Of a stretch of 64,000 nucleotides of DNA, positions 50,247 through 61,531 are shown piece after piece. The notes under the pieces are model-generated. The model searched no databases and was not told where the DNA came from. It saw nothing but the letters and a program-made list of their open reading frames with translations. The position numbers and the translations under genes are program-made. Each line of letters begins with the position of its first letter. Position 1 is the stretch's first letter. The DNA lies in assembly GCA_963831935.1 (NCBI GenBank), contig CAWHSH010000001.1:128389-192388 (forward strand). Direction: 5' to 3'. This DNA comes from an uncultured Bacteroidales bacterium. Its GTDB lineage: Bacteria; Bacteroidota; Bacteroidia; Bacteroidales; VadinHA17.

Positions 50247-52130
50247 TTAATATCCGGGATTCTGGATCAGCGAAGTGTTTTTATTCATTTCATCCCTCAT
50301 GATCGGGAAGAAGTAACACTTGTCATTCCAGGCTCTTGACTCAACTCCGATAAGCTGATTGGAATAGATCGGAGCACCCCAGGTAGTACCATCCGGCTGA
50401 CGATAATTGGTTGCATTTGCAGCAGTTACATATTTTACATCAGCACGATGCGTAGGATGATATGCAGCCGGACCAATTATCCAGCGGCGCACATCCCAGA
50501 AGCGGTGGTCTTCAAGTGCAAGTTCGATACGGCGTTCGTGCCTGACTATTGCACGCATCGCAGCCTGGTCGGGACTTCCGGTAATATTTGGCTGTCCTGC
50601 TCTTGTACGGATCATATTGATATAGGTTCTGGCTTCAGCAAGGTTTGCAGCATCTCCTATTTCAATGCAGGCTTCAGCGTAGTTCAAAAGAACTTCAGCA
50701 TAACGGATATGACGGAACGGGATATCCTGTTTTACAAATTGAGGATCGAGTGTCGGATCATTGAATTTCCGCATATAGTATCCGCTTCTTCCTCCGTTCC
50801 AGTTTTCAATCGGCCCCTCGCGGGTATCCACACCCGGGACAAGCTGGGTTGTTCCGTCCAGTTTAAATACATGTCCTACCTGTATTTTATCCCATGGATC
50901 CATTGTCTGGACGTCAGACGGACGTTTCCTCCATGGACAACCTTCGTAAAGGATGGTTGCATAGAAACGGGCATCCCGCCTGGCATAGGGATTGGCCTTG
51001 TGAACCGGATTATTCCAGTCAAAGCTGGAACCATCTTTCATCTCATAATCATCAACCAGATCTCCCAGAGGAGTATTGTTGCCCCAGTTGTGGTATCCGT
51101 TAGGTCCGGAATACAATGCCGGATTGTAGTCCGACCAGCTCCGGCCGGTTTTGGTAGTAAAATACTGAAGAAGGATATCTTCAGTTTCATAACCGTACGA
51201 AAGAAAGTAATCAACAAAATTTTTGGCAATGGAATCTCCGGGAGCAGGAGTTTCCTTATACAGGCTGAAGGTACCCAGATCGATCACAGCTTTTGCAGCA
51301 GCTTTTGCAGTTGTCCAGCGGTCAGCCTGCGATCCGCTGGTATAGCCCAGCAGTTCCTTGTTTGTAAAACTTGAACCGGCTCCGGTCAGATAGCTGGACA
51401 TTTTGGAACCTTCATGCAGATCGCTGGCAGCATACAGCAAGGTTCTTGCTTTAAGGGCAAGAGCTGCTCCCTTGGTTGCATGGCCCCGGTCACCTCCTGC
51501 AAATGAAGCAGGAAGATACATGGCAGCAGAATCGAGCTGGCCAACTATGTAGTTTATACATTCCTCATAGGTATTCCTGGCAATGCTATAATCCTGGTTC
51601 AATCCATAGGGTTTGGTGATAAGAGGCACTCCTCCATAAAGGGCAACCAGATAATGATAAGTATATCCCCTGAGGAAGTAAGCTTCACCAATCGTGCGGT
51701 CCTTATCTGCTGGTGAAAGAAACTGAACGCCGCCAACTTTTGTAAAGAAAAGATTGAGCGCCCTCACATTCTTATAAAGAGGTGCCCAGCGATAATGCAA
51801 AGTATGGGCCGTAGGATCGGTATTTCCCCAGTCAGTCGACCAGCCCATCAGGCCATCCTGGGTCATCAGGGATTTGTTGAAATCGAATGCGCCCCAGTCG
51901 GGAGTGAATGAGGTCTCATCGGAATAATCGGAAAGCCTTTCAATAGCGAACGGCCATCCTAATGCATTATAATAACAATCGTTGATAAATGCTCCTACGA
52001 GGTTAGGGTCTACCCATACATCCGCATCAGAATATGATCCCAGAGGTTTTGTATCAAGGAAGTCTTTATTGCATGAAGTAACTATTCCGATCAGAAAAGT
52101 CGTACTTAAAATATATAATAGCTTTCTCAT
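50247..52130 (-). CDS. SusD/RagB-family nutrient-binding outer-membrane lipoprotein (pair 1)
   Basis: 627 aa. Lipobox VTSC. TPR-like SusD core. C-terminal ...YFFPIMRDEMNKNTSLIQNPGY. Confidence 0.9.
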   Translation of the reverse strand: MRKLLYILSTTFLIGIVTSCNKDFLDTKPLGSYSDADVWVDPNLVGAFINDCYYNALGWPFAIERLSDYSDETSFTPDWGAFDFNKSLMTQDGLMGWSTDWGNTDPTAHTLHYRWAPLYKNVRALNLFFTKVGGVQFLSPADKDRTIGEAYFLRGYTYHYLVALYGGVPLITKPYGLNQDYSIARNTYEECINYIVGQLDSAAMYLPASFAGGDRGHATKGAALALKARTLLYAASDLHEGSKMSSYLTGAGSSFTNKELLGYTSGSQADRWTTAKAAAKAVIDLGTFSLYKETPAPGDSIAKNFVDYFLSYGYETEDILLQYFTTKTGRSWSDYNPALYSGPNGYHNWGNNTPLGDLVDDYEMKDGSSFDWNNPVHKANPYARRDARFYATILYEGCPWRKRPSDVQTMDPWDKIQVGHVFKLDGTTQLVPGVDTREGPIENWNGGRSGYYMRKFNDPTLDPQFVKQDIPFRHIRYAEVLLNYAEACIEIGDAANLAEARTYINMIRTRAGQPNITGSPDQAAMRAIVRHERRIELALEDHRFWDVRRWIIGPAAYHPTHRADVKYVTAANATNYRQPDGTTWGAPIYSNQLIGVESRAWNDKCYFFPIMRDEMNKNTSLIQNPGY

Positions 52131-52142
52131 AATGGATTAGTT

Positions 52143-55100
52143 TTAGAAGGTTAATGTAACTCCAAGGTTTACGACTCTCTGAAGGGGATAATACTGACCT
52201 GAAGGTATTTCAGGGTCAATCAGTTTGATCTTGTCGAGAGTTATCAGATTAAGCCCGCTGATATAAACGCGAAGCATCTGAATATTCAGAGCACTGTTGA
52301 CTTTAGCCGGAAGTGTATAGCCAAATTCCAGGTTTTTCAGGCGAACATAGTCTGTCGGAAATTCCCAGAATGTATTGCCCTGATTTCTCCAGTACTCATT
52401 ATCGCGGTTCCATGCACGTGGCCATGTAGCGCCGGTATTTTCGGGAGTCCAGCGTTTATCAGCAAACTTTTTATAGAAGTTCCCGATATCACCGGATTCC
52501 ATTCCGAGATATACGATGTTACCAGCTGCCCCCTGTATTAACATACTGAGATCGAATTGCTTATATGTAAGAACAGCATTAAATCCCCCAATAAAAGTTG
52601 GTACGGTATTTTTACTGTCGCGAACCCTGTCCAGTCCGTCAATTGCACCATCATTGTTTACATCCTTGAATTTTATATCACCAGGCTGTGCACCAGCCCA
52701 ATGAGGATAAGCGTCAAGAGAGGCAGCATCCTTGAAAATCCCGATAGAAACATAGTTTAAGCCGGCATCCATTGGCATACCCTGGGCTTTCTGATATTCA
52801 GGTATACCGGGAGTGTCAAAGGTGAAATCGACTTTGTTCTTTGCATAACTGCCATTTAAAGAGAGGTCATAACCGAAATTTCCTGAAGCACCATGGTAGG
52901 TTATTATATATTCAAATCCCCTGTTCGAAACCTTTCCGATATTCTGAGGGGGAAGGGTCATCCCGGTACTTGCAGGAATAACGGCAGATGCCTGCCAAAG
53001 GATCTTTGAGCGCAGGTTATAGAAAAAGTCAGCTTCCAATGTCAGTTTATTATTCAGTAAAGTTGCATTGAATCCTATATTTGACTGATTTGCTACCTCC
53101 CATGTCACATCCGGATTTGGAACAACATTTTCATACAGCATCTTGGCATTGACACTCTGCCCGTATACATAATTCTGGCTGTCGAAGCTATAGGTAGAAA
53201 GATATTGATATTCCTTCAATTGATCATTGTAATAAATCCTGTCATTACCGGTTTGCCCCCACGAAGCTCTGAGCTTAAAGTCGCTTATGAAAGCAATGTT
53301 ATCTTTCCAGAAGTTCTCATCCGAAACACGCCAGCCCAGGGATACTCCGGGGAATAATCCAAATTGCTTACCCGGTTTGAACATATACGAACCATCATAC
53401 CTCAAAACCACTTCAATGAGATATCTCTGACTATAGTTGTAGTTGAATCGGCCAAAATAGCTCTCACGGGCATTCTGATCAGCCCAGCCATTGTTGGTCA
53501 TATATGTATCAGCGGCTCCGGCAAAGAGCTGGGGGATAGCGGAGGTAACATAATTCTTCCTGAATGCATTCAGATAGTTATTCAGAGCACTTTGCCTTTC
53601 AGCACCTACCATAAGTTTAATATTGTGTGTGGCGGCTATCGATTTTTCATAGGTAGCATACACGTTATAGGTAGTCTTGTGCTCCGTCCTGAAAATCCTC
53701 GCTTAGCTCCGGTGCATCCAGTCCCCTCTTTCCTTTCGTAAGTACATGGTCAGCATTTCCATCCCATGTGTACAGGTACCAGGGTGTCCGGAAACGTTTA
53801 TGGAAACGGAATATCTTGTCGTATGAACCATTGGCCTGCACAGACAATCCTTTTACCCACGGGATTGTAATATTCAGTCTTACGTTACTCTCCAGCACGT
53901 AGATCCGGTCTTTGTCTGTTCCGGTGGCATTGGTTACGGTTACTGCAGGGTTAAATCCGTATTCGATATCAGGTCCGGGTTCGCCGGTTGGCCAGTAAGC
54001 AGGCATATTGGGTTTGCCTCTCATAAGCATACGGAAGATATCTCCTGCACCGACAGTAGGGAAGTTCTTATTTTCCTGGCGGCCTGCAACGTCAAAAGCG
54101 ATATCGATATTTTTCGAAATCTTTCCATCGATGTTACTCCGGAAATCATATTGAGAAAAGTTGGTAGCACTGTGATAGTAATATGCATCCTGATATTTCG
54201 TACCAAGCGACAGAAAATACTTCATGCTTTCGGTACCACCGGAAATAGATATATTTTCGTAATTCTGTCTCGACCACGGTTTGAATACTTCTTTGAACCA
54301 ATCGGTATTGGGGTGTCCCCAGGGATCAGATCCATCTTTAAATTTCGTCAGATCATCAGCTGAAAATTGCTGGTTCCGTCCTCCGCCAGGATTGGAATAA
54401 TATGCAATCTCATTAAGCATTGTTGCATAGGTAACTGCATCGGCCATTTTAGGAACAACCGTGGGTTGGTTATAACCATTGTTCAGATTTAAAGTAATTG
54501 TCGGTTTTCCGATTTTACCTCGTTTAGTAGTAACCAAAATAACCCCGTTTGCAGCCTGTGTACCATAGATGGCTGCTGAAGCGTCCTTTAGAATGGTAAA
54601 ACTTTCAATGTCAGCAGGGTCCAGACGTTCAAGTGAACGATGGGGAATCCCGTCAATAACAACAAGCGGGGTATTATCACCAAGGGTATTGGCACCGCGA
54701 ATAGTAATCGTAGCGCCGTCATAACCTGGTTCACCGCTCTTTTGTACCGACGTGAGGCCTGGCAGACGTCCAACCAGACTGTTGGTAAGGTTTGTTGTAG
54801 GCGACTGCTTCAGGGTTTCACCCCTGACAGCACTAATGGAACCGGTTAAGCTGGCTTTTTTGGCCGTGCCATAGCCGGTAACCACAACCTCTTCAAGAGC
54901 TGTTACCTCCCCGGACAAGGCAACATTCACAGTTGTCCGTCCGTTCAAAGGAACTTCCTGTGTTACATAACCGATAAAAGAGAAAACAAGTGTTGCATTT
55001 CTGTCGGTTATGGCTAAGGAAAAATTCCCATTAACATCGGTAATAGCACCAAAATTTGTACCTTTTATCACAATGTTTACACCAGGCATTGCCTCAGCGG

Positions 55101-55296
55101 TTGCAGCATCGCTGACTTTACCAGTTATTGTAATTTGCTGCTGATCGTCAGTGCCTGGATTATTTCCAGCAAACGTTAAGGCTGGAGTTGTAAGGGTACA
55201 TAGGAGTAGAAGGATTATAAATTTCGCAGTCATTAGTAACTTACGAAAATCCATATCTGGCTTTAAAAGCCAAAAACAGAATGTAGTTTTTTTCAT
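52143..55296 (-). pseudogene. SusC/RagA-family TonB-dependent transporter (pair 1); single frameshift near 53665-53700
   Basis: ORF 53665..55296 holds the N-terminal extension, CarboxypepD_reg (ITGKVSDAATAEAMPGVNIVIKG) and plug (ITIRGANTLGDNTPLVVIDG). ORF 52143..53663 holds the barrel, ending ...NLGVTLTF. The two ORFs are in different frames. Confidence 0.85.
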
Positions 55297-55581
55297 ACTG
55301 TTACATATAAATTAATGATTTAGGAATTAAGGGTAAAATAAAAAGGATTATATAGCGAATGACAATGCGCTGAGTTTCCAGGTCTTTGACAAGGACATTT
55401 TCCTGGTTGTGGATCAATTCTCCTTCGTTATCCAATAAGAAATTCTTGTTTAAGGTTAGTCAGGCTATTCTTTGATTAGATACTTGGAAGTGCAATTTAC
55501 ACACTTAATAAATTAAAGTCAAGTTTTTCTTTAAAGAGAAAGTCAGAATACAGCCGGGAATGATGCGTTCAAATATTAATC

Positions 55582-55818
55582 ACCCTCTGTGACCCTACTG
55601 TGAATCCTTTGTGGATCTCTGTGAAACAATTTAAGAACTTACACAGAGTTAAAAAGAACTCATCCCCCGGCCCCTTCTCCCGAAGTGAGAAGGGGAGTAT
55701 TAAATTGATAATCAGAATTTAAGCCCCTCTCCCCCGGGAGAGGGGTTGGGGTGAGGTCTATTCACAGGGGGGATAGGGGTCAAAATAAAAAAGCCGGCCC
55801 TTTCAGACCGGCTTTTAC
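55582..55818 (+). repeat. Second copy of the composite R2+R1+terminator repeat, downstream of SusD-2
   Basis: See 49986-50216. It occupies the same position relative to the SusD stop codon (55852). Confidence 0.85.
55787..55814 (-). terminator. Rho-independent terminator after SusD-2
   Basis: AAGCCGG-ccctttcaga-CCGGCTT hairpin with a T-run on the minus strand. Confidence 0.6.
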
Positions 55819-55851
55819 CATATTAATATCAGGCTTTTTACTAACGGAATA

Positions 55852-57760
55852 CTAATAACCCGGGTTCTGCTGTAACTGAGGTGCTTTGTTCATCTCATCA
55901 CGTGCAATCGGTACCCAGTAGTATTTATCATTTGCCCATGATCTTTCATCAGGCATAGATGTAAGATCGAGCTTCCACTCCATATCTCCGTTTACCCACT
56001 CTTTTATCTTCATTTCATAAACGTTTTCAATGACTGTAGGAGCAGTCATCCAGCGTCGCATATCATACCACTGGTGTCCTTCGGCAAAGTGTTCAAGATA
56101 CCTTTCATGACGAACCCACTGCCGGGCCGTTGGCTGATCGGTCGTAACCCTGTCGGGTAAGTCCTGCACGGTTCCTGACCTTGTTAAGGGCATCGAGGCC
56201 ATTCTGAAGATCAGCACCGCCGAGTTCGATACATGCTTCCGCATAGTTAAGGAAAATTTCGGCAAACCGGAATTCAACCCAGGTATTGGTATTTCTGTAG
56301 TACTGTCCCACAGTTCCCGGATCCAGGAACTTTTTGAGATAGTAACCGTTCTTGGTTCCATTCCATGCTTCGATAAGTCCCTGCCTTGAATCGACGCCAT
56401 AGGATTTTACTGTTCCATCCATATTATACACGTGGCCGGTTTGTACCTTATTAAAAGGATCAAAAGCAGCACCATCAGCAGGACGGGCCTGCCATGGAGC
56501 TCCATTGAACAGAACTGTTGCATAGAAGCGCGGCTCACGGCCAACATAAGGATTCCTTTGCGGATCTGCTGTAAGCTGGGCTGCGGTGGCAGTTCTGAGG
56601 ACCTGGTCTCCCGGAGTATATTTGTCCCATACAAACGGAGTGCCATCAGCCATTTCGTACTGCCTTACAGCCGGTTCAGTCGGATCATTGTTACCCCAGT
56701 TGTGATATCCGCAAGGCCCATACCAGATGTTAGCATTGTTTACATTACCACCGGTAAGAGGATACTGAATGCCCCAGATTGTTTCCTTGTTCCATGCACC
56801 TTTCTGGTTAAAGATATTAAAATAGGTATTTGCATAGGTTGTAACATCTGCATCAGCAAGAGGTGATGGGGGATCAGTGTAGGTCCCGACAAGGTCGAAT
56901 GCCCCGTAGGTACCATCTATCACAGACTTGGCTGCATCCCTTGCTGCAGTCCAGCGGGCAGCCTGTGTGCCGGTAGTGAAGGATACAAGGGGATTTGAAG
57001 CTTCATAGCCACCGTTGACAAGAGGGCTTGCACAGAAGAGAAGGACTCGTGATTTTAGTGCGGCAGCTGCAGCTCTGGTTGCACGACCCTGTTCCATTCC
57101 TTTTGCAGGCAGGTTGGCAATTGCTGCATCAGCGTCAGCAAGAACCAGATCGAGTGTTTCCTGTAATGACGATCTTTTAATTGAAAGAAAATCACCCCCA
57201 AGCTTGAATGGTTCTGTGCTTATAACTGCTCCGCCATAATTCATAAGCAGTATTGCATATTCGTAAGCCCTTATGAAATATGCCTCACCTTTAAGACGCG
57301 TCGCAAGTGCTTCGTCTGGTGCAGATAATCCTTCTAATCCATCAATACCAGCCAGCACAGTGTTAAGGTTTTGAATATTACTGTAAAGATGGGGCCAGCG
57401 AAGGAATCCAGCATAACCGGTATTGGCAAAGTATCCAAGCTGGTCAGGACTCATCGTCCCTTTCAGATGAACATAGTTGGCAGGACGGTGAATACATAAT
57501 GTCTGATCAGTACCAGAGGTAAGCAGGTCTTCGCGCATTCCAAGGACACCATTATTATCACTATTCATATTGGTGGCATTCTGAATACCACCCATCCTGT
57601 CATAGCATTTGCCGAGGTAAGCCTTAACGACATTTATATCTGAGAAAACCACCTGCTCGTTAAATGAACTAACCGGGTCCTGATCCAGAACGTCTTTACA
57701 CGACGTTGCAAACAGGAGCAGTACCGCTACCGAGAGTATATAACTTAATTGTTTTTTCAT
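55852..57760 (-). pseudogene. SusD/RagB-family lipoprotein (pair 2); one frameshift near 56105-56160
   Basis: ORF 56105..57760 has lipobox ATSC and the SusD core. The tail of ORF 55852..56400 reads ...QWVRHERYLEHFAEGHQWYDMRRW...YWVPIARDEMNKAPQLQQNPGY. Confidence 0.85.
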
Positions 57761-57789
57761 ATCAGATTATTTAAGAATTTCTTAATCAG

Positions 57790-60700
57790 TTAAAAAGAGA
57801 TATTTGCACCAAAAGCAAATGTCTTCATAATAGGATATACTCCGGCTCCCTGGGCTTCCGGATCAAACTTCTTCGTCGCAGAATAGAGCAATCCAAGGTT
57901 GTTACCGGAGAAATAAACACTTGCATTTGAGATACCGACCTTTTTCAGAATACTGCTCGGAATATTGTATGAAAGCATAAGGTTCTTGAACCGGCAATAA
58001 GCCGTGTTATCGAGCCAGTATGTGTTCATATTCACAGCATGGGCGTAGTAAAAGTCATTACGGTTGTATGCTCTGGCAATATCAGTTTCGGTGTTTGTAG
58101 GTGTCCAGCGGTTGTCATAGGTCCATTGCATGTAGTTTCCTGCTTCACCACGTCTTTCATCATAGATATTCTGCTTTAAGAATTTCCCCTGTCCCTGTAA
58201 GAGAACTGATAATGTAAAATCTTTCCAGGTTGCATCCAGAGTTAATTCCATAGAAAATCTCAGGTACATCAGCCTCATCAATAAGGACCCTGTCATCACC
58301 GTTTATAACACCATCTTTCGAAACATCCTCAAATATAAGGTCACCGGGTTTTGCACTGTTCCAGTGAGGATAAGCATCAACAGCTCCCTGGTCGGCAAAA
58401 ACACCAATAGATCTGTACATCAGCCAGGCATTATAAGGGTGACCGGTGGTCTGCTGCCATGGAACTGCCCTTGCCGGTTCATCCTGGAAAACTACTTTGT
58501 TATGGTTATAGCTGAAGTTGCCGCCCAAGATCAACTCAAAGGTCAGATGTAATATTTTTATGAACACCTGCCTCGATTTCAAAACCCTGGTTATCGACAC
58601 GGGCTATATTTTCGTTTGGAAGCGAAAGACCGGTGAAATTCGGAACAGAAGCATCCCTTGGAGCAAGAATATCTTTCCTGATATTATAGAAGTATTCAAA
58701 ATCAAGGCTGATAAGATCATTAAGCCATTTTGATTCAAATCCGATGTTCTTGGTGGTCTGTGTTTCCCATGTTATATTCGGGTTTGCAACAACAGGAGGA
58801 CCGACAACAGTTTCAATTGATGTACCTGTACCAAATACCATACCTGATCCCAGGCTAAAACTGTTCATGTACTGGAAAGGATTTCCCGGGTCCATACCCA
58901 TCATACCGTATGATGCCCTGAGTTTGAAATAGTTGATAAACGGAATATTGTCTTTCCAGAATCCTTCCTCAGATGCACGCCATCCTACCATGAATCCCGG
59001 GAAATATCCCCATCGTTTGTTGGGCGGGAATTTAAGTGAACCGTCAGCACGGAAAAGTATTTCAGCAAGATATTTTCCCTGATAATCATAGGTTGCACGG
59101 CCGATATACGATTTACGTGCATAAATTGTCATTCCGCCTGTGGTATTCTTGTTCTGATCAGCTCCTGCATCCATTGTCTGAATCAGCGATGAAATATAGA
59201 ACTGACGGAATCCGTAAAAGTTATTATAATCGCTTGTATATTGTTCGAAACCGCCATACAGGAATATATTATGATTACCAAATTTCCGCGTAAAGGTGGC
59301 ACCAAGGTTAATTGTCTTGTTTATTGTCCGGTCAAAATTCTCTTCATTTTGGGGAGAAGAGAGCCCTCTGAGAGTTGGTGTCAGTGGCATATCGGTAATG
59401 AAACCTGTTACAGGATCTGTTGTAGCCTGCGACCAGTTGGGATAATAGAGAATCCAGGGTTTGAAGAATCTTTTCCTGTAGAAATTTGTCAGGTCATAAC
59501 TGTAAATACCATTAAGTGAAAGACCTTTTATCAAATGGGATTGTAATGGTTGCGTTAAATGAACTCAGCAATCTGTATGTTTTCTGGTCGTCTTTACCTC
59601 CTGCAAAAGTTGATGTAACAACAGGGTTATCACCATATTCAATATCAGGTCCGGGAAGTCCGTTTGGCCAGAATGACCATGTTGTCGGAGTCAGACGTGT
59701 TGACTGACCAACAATGGCATCAGCCGATTTATAAGGATAAACCCTGTTTACCTGGAATCCTGCCAGTTCAACCCCTGTCTTAAGCCAGTCGGTAATTGGC
59801 ATATCAACTTTTGCACGGACATTATACTGTTTATAGTTGGTGGAGGATTGCTTATACATTGATTCATCACCTTTTAGACCGAAGGAAACATAATAAGTCA
59901 TTCCTTTGGTACCACCGTCAATTGTAATATTGTGCCTGTATGGTTCTGTCCACTTTTTGATAAGGTCACCATACCAGTCAGTATTCGGATGTCTCCACGG
60001 ATCCTTATGGTTTTTAAACAGTTCAATGTCTGCATCGGTATATGTCCGTGATTTACCTGTTGCCGTCTGGTATTCTGAAAGCATTGTAGCATATTCCGCG
60101 GCATTGGTTACATCAGGGATTATACTCGGTGTCTGACATCCCTGGTAGAACTGATAATTAATCTTGGTTTGCCTTCTGCACCTTTTTTGGTAGCGATAAG
60201 GATAACTCCATTTGCAGCCTGGGCTCCATAGATTGCAGCAGAAGCATCTTTCAGAACTGATAGGCTTTCAATATCATTCGGGTCAATTTCATCCATTGAA
60301 CGTCCGGGAACACCATCAATAACCACAAGAGGTGCTGTTTGTGAAGCATATCTGTTTCTGTCTCCACCCAGAGTACTACGACCTCGAACAAGGATTTTGT
60401 GGCGTAAGCTCCGGGTTCACCTGTTCCCTGTATTACAATTGATCCCGGCAAACGTCCTGCAAGTGATGTTGAAACGTTTGGAGAAGGTACAGACTGGATG
60501 CTTGCACCTGAAATAGAGGTTACAGATCCGACAACGTTTGCACGTTTCTGGGTGGAATAACCTACAACGACAACTTCATCAAGGTCGGTAATCTCTCCTG
60601 AAAGTGCTACATCAACAACAGTTCTGCCGTTAAGGGCAATTTCCTGGGTTACATAACCGATAAATGAAAAGACCAGGGTTGCGTTGCTGTCAACTCCGGA

Positions 60701-60984
60701 TAAGTGAGTATTTCCCTTCGGCATCGGATATAGCACCAAGTGGCAGTACCTTTAACCTGGATGTTTACACCCGGCATTGCCTCGCCGGTTGAAGCATCGG
60801 TAACTGTTCCTGTAACCCTCACCTGTTGCTGATCATCAATGGATGGATTGTCTGCAGCCAATGAATAGGCCGGAACCGCCAGGCCGCAGAACAGAAGAAG
60901 AACTACAATTTTCACAGGAAGTAACAACCTGCGAAAACTTACATTTGGTCCTAAGGACCAAAAGCAGTTGGGAGTTTTTTTCAT
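57790..60984 (-). pseudogene. SusC/RagA-family TonB-dependent transporter (pair 2); at least six frame changes
   Basis: Seven overlapping ORF fragments (60649..60984, 60251..60739, 60120..60326, 59512..60084, 58536..59534, 58160..58600, 57790..58299) together give the N-terminal extension, CarboxypepD_reg, plug and barrel, ending ...FGANISF. The N-terminus is paralogous to pair 1 (ATLVFSFIGYVTQE shared). Confidence 0.8.
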
Positions 60985-61040
60985 ACTGTTACACTGTTAG
61001 TTAGTTAATAAATAGTTAGATATTAGGATTGCTTTGAAAA

Positions 61041-61105
61041 TGTTGCTGGTTGTCAGCCTTCGCTAAAGCTTCGGCTGGTAAAACTTGTTGCTGGTTTATC
61101 TGGTT
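61041..61105. repeat. Family R3-like repeat with an embedded AGCCTTCGCTAAAGCTTCGGCT hairpin
   Basis: tgttgctggttgtcagccttcgctaaagcttcggctggtaaaacttgttgctggtttatctgg. Confidence 0.65.
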
Positions 61106-61174
61106 TCTTTGTATTTCATACCCTCTTTGAAGTATCCTCACATAATTTCCCCGTTGAAGTATCACTCTTATAAG

Positions 61175-61262
61175 TCCCCCTTGGAAGGGGGCCGAGCGTT
61201 AAAAATTTGCCCGGTGGGCAAATTTAGCGAAGGAGCCAGCTTGCAGGGAGGGGGGGATGTTT
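61175..61262. repeat. Second copy of the family R4 double-hairpin repeat
   Basis: CCCCCTTGGAAGGGGG-cCGAGCGTTAAAAATTTGCCCGgTGGGCAAATTTAGCGAAGGAGCC...GGGGGGATGT. Compare 36768-36870. Confidence 0.8.
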
Positions 61263-61531
61263 CTTGGTTTTTCTCTTTTTTTGGTTCTTGTCTTTTAATT
61301 AGTCAGGTTCTTAATTCAAATAATAAACAAAATCCGAATAAGTGTAAAACTTACACTCATTCAAATTCATTCTTAATATTCGATAATTATTTGGTTATCC
61401 GATGTGTTCAGGTTTTTAGGTTAGACATTAGGGTTTAAAGGTGCCACCGAATATAAATAACTTGTTTCACAAAAACAAATCTGTTCATCAAATTTCGTTA
61501 CACCAGCCTGAACAAAAGTGACTGGAATTAC

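Noticed and set aside
50448-51374. A 308-aa plus-strand ORF. Similar long antisense ORFs include 19887..20492, 13041..13481, 36316..36717, 39825..40274 and 56432..56866.
   Set aside because: All lie entirely inside, and antisense to, genes with strong family signatures (SusD, DUF1846, GH2, glpF, glpD). Their translations are low-complexity with no motifs, so they are shadow ORFs.
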